64,000 nucleotides of DNA from Phoronis australis (taxonomy: Eukaryota; Animalia; Phoronida), in the NCBI GenBank assembly GCA_002633005.1, contig NMRA01000140.1:248001-312000 (forward strand). The letters run 5' to 3'. The translations under genes and the position numbers were made by a program. Each line of letters opens with the position of its first letter. Positions within the stretch are counted from its first letter, which is position 1. The notes below the pieces were generated by a model that was given only the letters and a program-made list of their open reading frames with translations, was not told the origin of the DNA and did no database searches. This document shows positions 11,946 to 23,630 of this stretch, one piece after another.

Positions 11946-12388
11946 GATACCTGGATTATGCGGTAAAGCACGCCCAAGGGATTCCTCATCGAACGTTTGT
12001 AATCAACTCCGTTGGAATACATGATAATTACAAAGGTTCTTTCGTCATCAACGGATACATCAAGCCATTTCTTAAAACGTTGGAAGAAATAGGACGACGC
12101 TATACTCGTAAGAACACAACTGTTCTGTGGCCAAAGTATTTATGGGTAACACCCCCTCTGTCGGGATTGTTGAAATCGACAAGTTATCCACTGCAGACAC
12201 CCCAGCATGTAGCAAATTATGCTGCCGAGACTAGTGCCTACTTACTGTCACGTGATGTAAAAGTGTTGAACACCTTGAACTATTCGACTAATGTGTTTAG
12301 CTGGGACGGTACCCACTACGGGAGGACTTACAATATGGAGCTGGTCCGGCTCATTCTCACTTATATTGACGGAATGGCGGAATTTTGA
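11946..12388 (+). CDS. Exon 3 of the SGNH-like gene, copy A
   Basis: Acceptor ttttttcag|; 443 nt open frame with GIHD and DGTHY; near-identical to 59628-60070. Confidence 0.75.
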
Positions 12389-12499
12389 TCTAAATTAGTT
12401 GAAGGTTTGAGCAATTCTTTTACGGGTTAGTTGTTTAAAGAGAAATGAATAATTGTGTTTAGCCATAGTTTAGGTATTGAAGGTAAAATTAGTTACAAG

Positions 12500-14200
12500 G
12501 AACTCCAATTTGTGTTAAAAATGAAAAGTCACCTGGGTCTGTCGGGTTTACAGTAGAATTTCTTAAAATTTTTGGAAGGACTTAGACTACTTCCTTCTTC
12601 GTCATATTTATGAAAGTTGAAAATAACGAAATGTCTTCAACTTAGAAGACTGGAATTATTACATTAATTGCGAAACCAGATAATCCAAATCGATTTATAA
12701 AGAATTGGAGACTAGTAACTCTTCTAATGCATTGTGCAAACTTGCTTCAGGGTGTTTCGCCAATAGAATGAAAACAGTACTGGTATTAAAAGATGTGATT
12801 TCGAACGATCAGAATGGATTTATTAATTGTAGCTTCCTAGGAGAAAATATATATGATAAGAGCTAATGTGAAAATATTGATATTCCTGGCATGCTTTGTT
12901 TTTGATGTGTTGTGTTTTTCAATTTTAAAGACTCCATTAAAAGGTGGATTACTACTTTCTACAGGAATCCCATCTCTCCGCATATTAGCATTAGTTGTAA
13001 GACGGCATGAAAGTGTCAAGGGCATAAGAATCAATAATGTCGAGTTCCTTGTCTCACAATATGCTGATGATACAGTTTTCTCTTTAGACGGCTGTACAAG
13101 GTCCCTTTCGGCAGCAATGAGTATTTTAGACAAATATGCTGAAATATCTGTTTTAAAGGTGCATTATAGTAATATGCTGAAATATTTATTTTAAAGGTTA
13201 ATTATAGTAAACCAGTGTTACATGGATAGGTAGTAGAAAGTACTCAAAGTTTGTATTTCATAGGGATCATGATTCATTTGAACTTCAATGAAAATATTGT
13301 GAAATTAACAGTTTGCTGAAACCGTGGAGGAGGAGAATGCTGACCATGCTGGGTAAAAGTACTGTTTTAAAATCTTTAGTACCGGTAATTCCAAAAGTTG
13401 TACATCTACTTTATTACCCAACCCACCTGTCTCAGTTTTAAAGGAACTCAATTCAATGGTTTCCAAATTTATGTGGAACAATAAGGCAGAATATTTTAAG
13501 AGACGTCTAGGTTAGCAAAATAGAAGCGGGTGGATGAAAAGTGTTAAATATTATGTTATTCAGCAAAGCTCTGGAGTTGTCTTGGATTAAGAGATTCGCT
13601 TCCACAAATTCTAAATGGGGAACGTTTGAAATTAAGACAGCTTTAGAAGCCAGAAAATTGATCGCTGAAAAGGGTTTGCTTTTAATGTTGAGACATGGAA
13701 AAATATACTTTACCTTTTGAAAGTACCCTAGACACTTAGTTGTTATGTTTGCAATACAAAATTCTACACAGAATTCTGGTAACCCAACATTTTTTGTATA
13801 AAATGAAGATAATTGTCTAACAAATGTTCATTTTGTGAAGATGAGACTGAAACTTTTGAACACATTTTATGACTGTAAAGCTATTAGATATTTTCTGTCA
13901 GAAATAGAAATTCTCATATTATCAAAAGAGGAATACTTTTTGGTAACATTTCTGACACAGGAGGTAAATTTTTAAATTGGTTTATGCTAACGTGCAAAAC
14001 ATTCATTTATCAAGCGAGATTCATGGTTGTGATGCCAAATATTTTTGGTTTCATTGGAATGTTGAAATATGAATTCAACTGTCAGAAATTTCTGCTTTTG
14101 AAAAACGATTTTACGGAAGAACATAGTAAGCACTGGAGATAATTATCCAGCATCTTATCTGGCGAGCATGCGTGATTGATTAAAAACAACTTGGTGTGCA
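12500..14200 (+). mobile_element. Degenerate Tx1/L1-clade LINE ORF2 (RT to C-terminal Cys/His finger)
   Basis: Broken frames reading KSPGSVGFTVEF, GIITLIAKPD..FIKNWR, DQNGFI, VKGIRINNVEFLVSQYADDT, RMLTMLGKSTVLKSL, CSFCEDETETFEHI. Confidence 0.88.
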
Positions 14201-14247
14201 TGACTGTGTGTATGAATGTTTCTTTTCCATCATATATACGCACTGTA

Positions 14248-14404
14248 CAGTGGCGGATGTAGAGGGGGGCCAAGGGGGCCATGGCCCTCCCTAAAACTCT
14301 CCCAGATTCTATTTGGCAATTCGGGGGTGCCAATGCCTGACGGGCAAAATTCTGGCTAATACTCTACCCTGTCCCCCCTCACAAAAATCCTGGATCCGCC
14401 CGTG
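14248..14404. mobile_element. Short MITE, CAGTGGCGGAT family
   Basis: CAGTGGCGGATGTAG...CTGGATCCGCCCGTG; copies at about 62075-62219 and 62697-62853; inverted relative at 47885-48035. Confidence 0.75.
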
Positions 14405-15329
14405 CTAACACATATCTTTGATCTAGTCAATAAAAATAATAATAAATCACAATCTTACTTCGCTGAGTGACTTTTCCATAAGACTTATCTACTCGAATCT
14501 GCTCTGGCTCAGGTGGATAAAAACAGGAAGTTGCGTAAAAACATGATCTGAAATCAAAAATATTTTTGCTGAAATGGCAGATTGTGGGAATTTGTAAAGA
14601 TGCGACGATGAAAAAAAGTGTTCGAGGAAAAGTATTTCGGAGCCAGCAAAAATCTGAAGAACCCCACACGGAGTTCAAGTTCACTTGAAAACTGATCCTA
14701 TATCTTCATGTAAAGCTGGATATTTACCTTAAAGTCGAATTATCTGTACGATGCCATAGATTTCAGAATATTTCGAGAACTTAGATCTCAAAAATCTGAC
14801 TATGCAAAATTTGACACAGAAAATCAATCTCCAAAAACCAACAATACTAGACAAAACGTGAATGATAATTTGATTGGGGTTTGTTCATTTGAAGTTACTG
14901 GACAAGAATATTATGACATTAGGTGAAAAAATTGCTAAAAAAGAGAAAAATGCCCTCCTGTTGGCCAGAAAACATACTAATACATTCTGAACTCCTACCA
15001 AAAGAACAACACTGTTGACCATTTGGAACTTGATAAAGATTTAATACCACAACCTACATATAAATAACATACATTTCCAAGCTTCTGCAATGAACTTACA
15101 GTCACCACTTTCATTAATTGTCATAATTATCATTATCCACACTGCAGTTCACTGTCAACTGTCACAGGAGAACGATACACCGTGCAGTTCTGATTGCCAC
15201 GAACATGATAAAAATTGTCAATATTTTCGATTAGGTTAAAAATTTAAAGTTATTTAACAACATAGCACAAATTTATTATGTTTCTTCATCCACTCCATCA
15301 TCATTTACGTCATCATTGTCATCAAAACT

Positions 15330-15972
15330 TGTTTCTTGAGACACCATGTTTACACAAGACAGTCACACAACTTGGAACATGGGATGCCTCACTTCAAACA
15401 AGAGTACATTTTTGTACTACAACCACTTTTTTACACTTGCAATTAACATTTTTAATAAAATTTTCTGGGGCTAAAGGCAGAGTCATTCAATGGAACTTCA
15501 GACTGTCCTGCGCCAAATGCCACCCATTACCAACTGGAGATGGTGCACTGACATACTGTTGCAAGTCTCGTTTGTGAATTGCACAATGGTAGTTTGCTCT
15601 TTTGACATGTAACAGCAAACAATCATGATCAGGAGGCAGATATAATTCATTCACAGATTTCAACCTGAATATGTGGTTGCGTGCTTTGTCAATTGTTGAT
15701 GCTGACTCGCCGTACAGCTTTCATACAAAAGGTTCAATGCCTTCCATGAGTTGAGCAGGAAACGCAAATGCTGAGCCCAACTTCAAAGAAAAAGTTTTAA
15801 AAATATTTCTACAAGCCTGCACCCTACCTGGAATCAAATTTTTTGTCAACCTGAATCTAAACACTTCAGCCATGTTACAGTAATCCTTTTTACTGAAACA
15901 GATAACCAAAATGCTCTTCACTTTAGCACACACTATGGACAACAGGTGAAATTTTGTCAAAGAGCTCAGCAA
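15330..15972 (-). pseudogene. C-terminal relic of an Academ-like transposon protein (XPG-type C-terminal region plus CXC finger)
   Basis: IEPFV*KLYG...IDKARNHIF...LPPDHDCLLLHVKRANYHCAIH...PSPVGNGW...*MTLPLAPE...NCKCKK...CSKLCDC; stops and frameshifts; partly duplicated at about 63780-64000. Confidence 0.6.
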
Positions 15973-18161
15973 AAGTAAGCATTAACAGAAATGCGCATCA
16001 TTATTAGCATTGGATGCACTGTACAGTTGCCTTCGAAGAATTTAAGACAGGCAGAAGAATTTTTAGCATCCTTAATACTGTAGTTTAGAATTTGAAATAG
16101 AGCGGGTAATGGTCATTTTTGCAATAGTTTTTGTGTTGAATTGGAATGCGTATTATTTACGGTAGAGCTAAAATTTCTTTTGATACTTCATGTTTTAGAC
16201 AGCACATAATTGGAAGAGTAAACATTTTCCTGTTCTAAAAATTCTCAATTCAAGAATCTTCAAAATGTGAGATTCTGAAATCTTCGCAACATTTTGATTT
16301 TCAAGATAATGAATTACAGAAGGGCAATATTTCCATGTTTATATTTCTCAATTTCCAAACACTGCTCATGTTTTTACATAAAAGGATCTGAAACTAGGCT
16401 TGGAAGTTCATAAAAAGCAGTGCTGATCACTCACGTGTAGATGAAAACTACTGCCAGTACCTTTGAGATTGGGACGGCTGATACTGCAAATTTACCAAGC
16501 AAAGTAATTCTTTTTTCTCTGACCTAAACTAGTGATTTTTACCATAAATGACAGTTTTTCAAATTAACAATGGGTAGGCCTATTTACAAGTGAATGTTTG
16601 GAACTGGGATAGGTTTTCAAGCTGTCTTTTGTTTGTGAAACTCTCTGTGATGCACTTTGATTTTTGGCAAATGATAAATTGCGGAAGCAACACAGGAGCT
16701 CAGAGTTGTGAGCAAAATCTGAGACAAGAATGCAAGAAGGGGCAGACATCTTGCCAGTCCTATTGTGAAGTAGCACACTCATTCAAAAGTTCATGGTTTC
16801 AGCAATGTCCCAGCTGGCTCAATATTGCTAACATGCCAAGAATTGTATCAGAATGAGGACACTTCGACACTTGCCACTTCAGGCACTAGACTTAGCTTTC
16901 CTCAAATCCTAAGAGCTGCGTGCTGGTTTACACGTATGAGTCATGACCCTTGGAAATTGCCAATTATTTGCACACCAATCCAAGAATTATAAATAATTCT
17001 TTTCAATGTGGACATTAGCTGTAAACAAGTTAGCCAAGCCAGCAGAAAAAGTTCTGTTGACTGTCCTCGAATGTTTTCATGAAGCAGAGAACTTGGTAGC
17101 CTTGGTACAAAACTGTATACTAATTATACAGCTTTGCACAGAAGTGGGTAAAAAGTGGTAAGATAAAATCTGACACAAGATTAGTGTCATTAAAAACTAC
17201 AGTCTTCCTTGAGTTAACTAAATTATTTAACGGTGTTGGAAAAATGGCTTTCTACCGTTACTCTGCTGCTAAAGTTGTGGAGCGATCTTTACTGCGACGG
17301 ATTTCGGCGCCATGCCATATTGCGTCACCTATAATATTGGCCAGTTTCTTTTTTCGCCGATTCTTCAATCAACTGTTATTCTTTCACGAGAATGCGTTCA
17401 CGTCACGACAAATTATCGGATCTGGTTTCACTTCGTTATAAGTTTTTAGAATTTTGATTCCGAAAAACCGAATTTCAGAAGAACATGACGGTGTTTTCCC
17501 GTTGCTCCCAACTTATAGCTCAAGAACAAGTTAAGATGACCCCTGTAGCCAATATCTTACACGCTGATTAACTCCATTCTGGCATTTATGGTTGGAGGAA
17601 CAGCTCTCTTTTGTTGATAATTGCTCTAATCACCGATCAGATCAGATCGTATCTAGCCTGTTTGGACTGTGCTGCTAAAATGAAAGTCGAGTTATATCAT
17701 ATTTGAATATAAACCAATAGAATTTCTGGATTCTTCGTCAAATGCTGATCATATTCAGTTTTTGAATCACCAGAATCAACTACAACGGAAGTTAAGACAA
17801 TCTTTTTTGTCCAAACGTATTACCAATGCATTGTTGTAGATGAAAACCTCTACCCGGTGTCGAAAGTAGTTCTGCCAGGTTTCAGTAACACTTTGAAGCC
17901 TGGGAGATAAATGGCTTGCATGTTGTTCTACGGGTCAAAAGACTGTGCTGGGCAGTTATCAAAGGAGCCAGATGTTACCACGCACTCAGAACCGGCCCTC
18001 ACGTCTGGAAAGTCACTGAACGGCAGACCGCCGCAATGTTTTGCTGCTGCCTTCAGGGTTGTCACGTGATGTGTTTGAGTGCGAAAAGCTAATTCGAATT
18101 GCTAGTCAAATTTTCTGCATATACTTCATTTTCCTCAATATCTCGACTAACTCATCTAACT

Positions 18162-18792
18162 ATGACCTCAACAACGAGAAGTAAAACACGCCTGCAAAGT
18201 TACACAGATGGGGAAGAAGACGAAAATCTTTGAAGCGCTTCTGAGGGCGATCTCAAATGACAAGATTCAACACGCCCTGTACTCCAAATTTATTGAACCA
18301 CATATTACAACCATCACGGCGAAATACGAGGATATCAAACGTAGCAAAGACAGTGAGATTGTATCATTGAAAGCCGAAGTGGATCAACTCAAACTTAACC
18401 TGGATTTACAATGAGAACAATACAGCAGAAGAGAATGTGTCATTGTAAGTGGAATCAAGGAAGACGACAACGAGGACGTTATTAGCAAGGTTATTAATAT
18501 TGGCAAGAAGATAAACATCAACCTGACACGCAAAGAAACCTTATCTGCAAATTCATTTCTTATACCGATCATCTAACCTTTATCAAAAAAACGCAAACTT
18601 GTGGCCAGTGATAAGATCTTCATCAGTGAAAGTCTAACCAAGCGACGATCAGCCTTGTTCTACAAATGCCGCCAAATGAGTAATGATAGAAACAGCCCTT
18701 GCGAGAAAACTTGGACAACTGATGGTGAAATATTCCTGAAAGTGAACGACAAGCGAATAGTGCACGTAGTCACTGAAGCTGACATCCCGTAG
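18162..18792 (+). pseudogene. Decayed LINE ORF1 (CR1/L2-type, coiled coil plus RRM/CTD-like)
   Basis: Coiled coil EIVSLKAEVDQLKLNLD, then *EQYSRRECVIVSGIKE and KIFISESLTKRRSALFYKCRQ...TWTTDGEIFLK; frameshifts and an internal deletion. Confidence 0.75.
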
Positions 18793-19319
18793 ATCATAGA
18801 TCCAGTGCAGGACATTTCTCACACTGTCATTGTAAGTTAAACATAATTACCAAGTAATTATGCACTGTCATTTCTGACAGCTTGAGCAAGTTGCACTTGT
18901 ATGTTTCTTTAAGCTGGACTCATATCATACCAATACACTGTATGTTAAGTATAATGTTTTGCTGCTCAAAATTTATCCATCAGCCTGTCAGTATAGTAAA
19001 CCAGTTATGCTTCACTTTTACCGTTGATTCACTGTTATTCTATGAGCACCCCCGGTGGTTTATATTCCAACAGCACAAGCCTCTGATGTTTTCTTCCACG
19101 ACAGTATGTCCATTTTCTTCATTGAGTATGACCAATCCTCAGTGTTTTCGTATCTCTTACGTACCATAACCCTGAAGTGTACACACTATGCCAGTATCTC
19201 ACTTTTAACCCAGTGGAGTAAAATGGTAATTCTCTGAACCTGGCCTCTTGCTGATTTTGCCCCGTTAGGCCTGAACGGCAATGTTCGTAGGCCTAGCAAG
19301 TGTCCGTAAACGTAAGTTA

Positions 19320-20113
19320 CACAGGCGGATTTAGGGGGAGGGGCAGGCCCCCTTGGCTGTCGCAAAAAAAATAAAACAGCAAGAGCGTAGGGAAATGTTT
19401 ATCTTATTAATTAACCCCGGTAATTAAAATTATACGAATGGAACAAGATTTAAATGTGTGCAGTTTCAGTGTGTGTGTGTGAGGGGGGGGGGGCGGGGGG
19501 GGGCTCAGATCCAACTTCAAGTGTCAAATTCGGAACACGGCGCATTCGTAAGATGTCAATTTCAATCAAAGCCTTTAGTGAATCCCTCAGAAACTCATAA
19601 TTCTCTCCTTGTCAAGCCTTAACTTAAGACGATTTCCAAAGCAATCGCGTCATTGTTGCCAACACAAAAAACAGATTTGGTCTTTTGGGCAATTTAAGAC
19701 TATTTTAAATACAACAAATTTGTTACGAACTGATTGCACAAAATATAAAACATGTAAGAAGCATTACAAAAAGAAGGAGGTTTCTCGCGCAAATGCTGTG
19801 GACCCTAAACAAATAGGTCTCTTAATACCAAGTTAGGAGTTAAATCGTGGTGGTGCAGTGGTAAAGCACGCGCGTTCGCTCCGCTAGGTTGTGAGTTCGA
19901 GTCTTTGGTTCATGCAATTTTTCCTGGTAGATATCTTCTTTTTTGCCTTTTCTCTTGGATAATACTTCGGGAATCAAGGAAAATGCTTGAATTTTAGAGG
20001 AAAAAACAGAAAAATTTCCCCCATTCGGTGCTATGCGCATCTACAATCGTGCTTTGAGCACGTTTACAGACAAAATGTTAGGCCCCCCTTGTGACATCCT
20101 AGATCCGCCACTG
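19320..20113. mobile_element. Longer member of the same MITE family, containing a tRNA-like segment
   Basis: CACAGGCGGATTTAG...CTAGATCCGCCACTG; first ~150 bp similar to the 6831 and 1502 copies. Confidence 0.7.
19847..19922 (+). other. tRNA-derived segment (pseudo-tRNA or SINE head)
   Basis: A-box TGGTGCAGTGG, B-box GTTCGAGTC (19895-19903) at tRNA-like spacing, T-run at about 19918; acceptor stem does not pair. Confidence 0.5.
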
Positions 20114-22585
20114 CAGTTATAGCAGTGCAAATGACGTTCAAAATACAATCAGGTCTCAATCGTAACATCTGGAACAGGTGTCTCAGTTTTTATTTGCTAA
20201 ATATTTTATCGTCTACAACTCTGGCGCCGATTCATCGGTAACGACAATATCAAATGTTGTTATTAACTATTTTCAGGAGGTGTTACAAGTTCAATGAAAA
20301 TTACCATTTAAAACTGTTTCTTTTACTAGAGAAAACTTGCAGCCTAGCGCGATAGTAAATGCATATAGGATGTGATCCGCCACGTGAACAGTCTGAGTGA
20401 AGTATTTAAAAAATCAGCGGACAAAATGAATTTGAAAGATACTTGGGAATTCGAAGCGTACCTCCACATTATTCTGCGTATCGACATCGACCTTCGGTCC
20501 CAGTCGATACACGTAATAATGTCTCGTGGGATATTACTTCATGTACGCTACTCTCGGTACGTTTTGTGTATGTATGTGCTTCAAGCATGCGGCTATTAAA
20601 CATCACTGCAGAAACGAAATAGTTGCTGCGACGCCACTTGCATGATTGACGAGGCTAAAAATCGATCACAGTCCGACATTTTTCCACGGTGTTGTAAAGC
20701 TAACCAATGACTGCTGAGGTTACATGTTGGCCAGGCACGCACGGTACCAGCGAGAGCCCTGCTAATATCTGTGTTTACATTATTTTCGAAAAATTCCTCC
20801 CAATTACGTTGCTAAGTGTTTGTATGTGTATTGTTAAAGTTTTCAATTGTTTCTATAACAATTTACTTGTACAATGTTTACCTTTTTCCCAGACGCACAC
20901 GTGAATGAAAAGAAAACGGAAAATGTCATTTCAGCTTTTCTTCAGTACAAAACACAAGTGGAGAATTACCCTAGTCACTAGTTGCGAGTAAATTTCAAAC
21001 AAAAGGGAAAACTAACAAACAAAAAGTACCAAGAGAAAAACACATAGTAAAAATAACTTAGTAATAGTAATATTTATTTAGTCACAGCATTGAGCACACA
21101 CCAGAGCTAAACTGATCAAACTAACAATCTGATCATATTTTAAACCAAGACAGTGACAACAAAAGTAGTTTGTGCAGAGCAGTAACGTTGGCAGCAAAGC
21201 ATACTTCATACCTTGGAGGACCTTTCCAGCACACTTTTGAGACAAACCTCCAGCTCCAAGTATTACTAAGATTATTTCACTCAAATCCCCCAGAAGACAC
21301 GAATGAATCACATAAACAGAAAACGTTTCTGAAGAGTTATGCATTACACAAAGACCAGTAAGTATATTAACAGCCCTGTTCGAGCCCAGAATAACTTATG
21401 TAACTATGCAAAATTTAGGAATATGGATCTGAGTTTTTTAACAAAGTATACTCTATTGCAAATATGACACCTTCAAAGGCAGGTTGACATGGACAAAATT
21501 TGCATATGTGAGTAAACTTTAAATTCATGAGTAGAATTTGTGAAAAAGTTGCCAGATGTTCACAAAACTGCGAAAACCAATATTTGTGCACTCTACATTT
21601 TCATAAGGACTGTCACTATGAATAGAGCACTTCTAGCCAGGAAAAGGAGCTTTCCACATTTCTTAACTATACAGCGGTCAATTCAAATAGCATTTGCGTA
21701 ACCATAGGGATTGGTTTTCACAGGCCACAGACTGAAAGCACACACAACAAATTTAAACTACTATGCCCGGTTTGGGACTGAAAATTGTCATTTGCACCCC
21801 AAGTAAAATTATTTTAGGTAAATTTATACTCGCACGTTACAGTAAATTTACTTTTCCACCACTGTCAAAGGAAGTGCAAATTAAATCCTGAAATAAAACT
21901 TTGCACCCCTAAGTAAAAAAATAAGCACCTATCAGTAAAATATGCAAATGTGGTTTTGAAAACAGGCCTCAAATCAAGTTTTTCTGTAACATATATGAAT
22001 GCGTTTCGACTGACAGTTTTCTTCAAACTTTTTGCTCAAGTGTTTTGCATAGTATGCATGAACAATACATAAGCACCACATGTAGACACATGCAGACATC
22101 CCTTGCACGTGCCAATGTCCTAATTAGTCTATTTCACATTTCTTTTGTCAGGAGGTGAAAACAACTTAGCACAAAGGGATGTTTACTCATCCAAAACAAT
22201 GTTGCCATGACAACCGACTTGATGAGCATTGCATAAAGCAAAACCACTCGTTAATTTTTCACATGTTTACAAATCATTTCAAATCCGACCAAGGAACTCG
22301 ATGAATCCAGATTATAACGGTAATGGCCTAAATCAAGCCATTTCTTTTTGGACAGAAGACGGACATACGTACCTTTGAACTTAATACACACCAACATCTA
22401 CTGCTTTGTATCCAAAAAGCTCCACTCGCAGGCCATTTTAAAAACTTGATATTTAGTTTTTGCTAAAGTGTTTTGTAAATAGATGCAAGCGCCTAATTTG
22501 GAATAGAGGCAAAGTTTAACGTACAGGTGCATGGGCCTAAATGTGCAAATGTAAGGTAATCTTTGAACCATACTGAAGTTAAATC

Positions 22586-23270
22586 GTGTCTGTTTCATGA
22601 AAACTGACTTAAGACTTGACACATGGATTTGGTCTAATACTCCGCATAACTATTTCTGAAAAGTAATTACCAGGATTTTCCGTAGATAAGCCCACCCGAT
22701 GAAATGTTCATGGGCGTTTATTCGCAAAATTGGTGCCACAACTTGTTGTGTCAAGTGTCCAGATAGTGGGGTGTTTATTCGGAAAATGTCCTCTTAAAAG
22801 AACACTTAGCATCAATTTTTAGTCACAAATTCAGTTTTGTGGAGCATTTATCATTTATTGCGTTGGCAAACTGTATTTATAAACTTAAAATTAAAAAACA
22901 GTTTTATGCAAGAAATTGCTGAAAATTCAAAATCAGCCGAGGCTATGACTTACCGTTTACACGCCTCCCCTTTCCAAAAAACGCCCGGCCGTTTATCTGG
23001 TTACTGAAATGCCTGAAAATTTCATTTTCCGAAGACACGCCCATGGGCTTATCTACTGAAAACCCTGGTAAATCTCACTTAAGCACAGTGCAGTTGTTCA
23101 GACTACACACATAACGGATAGTTACTGAGATAATTTCTCTATGTTATTCCTAGACTGTGGTGTGCTCGTAATTTCTTGGCTAAACCCTTATTCAGAAATT
23201 GAGAAGTGGTAGCCTTAAGACCAAATTTCTGTTTTAAATTTTAGGTCACCTTCATGAAACGGGTCCCTGG
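22586..23270. mobile_element. Older MITE hosting the 22670 element
   Basis: Inverted ends TGTTTCATGAA...TTCATGAAACGGGTCCC; left end decayed, no TSD seen. Confidence 0.4.
22670..23068. mobile_element. 399-bp Tc1/mariner-type MITE
   Basis: 25-bp TIR CCAGG(A/G)TTTTC(C/A)GTAGATAAGCCCA with 2 mismatches; TA flanks at 22668-22669 and 23069-23070. Confidence 0.85.
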
Positions 23271-23555
23271 TCAATAAAATGCGGCTTGCCTTTTTCGGCA
23301 TTAATTTCAAGATGTGAAGTTCCTGGGGGTAATCTCTAGGTAACATCCATTTGAATTTACGCACTGATCTTGGAACTGGTTAACAACATCCTCTCAGAGC
23401 CACAGACACATACAATTCGACAAACTAGAGAACTGCTTATGTTTTTTCCAGGCTGGCATTCCTAGATCACAGCCCGCCAATTTTGAAACTGTCACAATCC
23501 AAATATCTACTTGACTCATCTCCATTCATCCATCCCCAACATTTCCTACAACAGT

Positions 23556-23630
23556 CTAATCTTCATCCAGTGGCGGAATTCCTAATTCTTCGTCAGTCCA
23601 TTTTGTTGTGTCCGGCCACTTGTGATGACC
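23556..23630 (-). CDS. NDUFB2: NDUFB2 terminal coding exon
   Basis: Acceptor tatctttcag|, phase 0 matching the previous exon; encodes GHHKWPDTTKWTDEELGIPPLDED*, the characteristic WTDEELGIPP C-terminus. Confidence 0.92.
   Translation of the reverse strand, partial: GHHKWPDTTKWTDEELGIPPLDED

Larger units (their letters stand above)
1344..15549 (+). repeat. Segmental duplication (or haplotype) copy A
   Basis: Colinear with 36575-43310 and 58159-64000; 9953-10457 is found inverted at 49247-49758. Confidence 0.95.

Noticed and set aside
12080-12388. Stand-alone 102-aa ORF (also 59762-60070)
   Set aside because: Starts at an internal TTG; it is part of spliced exon 3
19847-19922. Functional tRNA gene
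   Set aside because: A and B boxes are present but the acceptor and anticodon stems do not form
22370-22436. Minus-strand ATG exon with GTACGT donor
   Set aside because: Stop after 12 codons and no homology recognised
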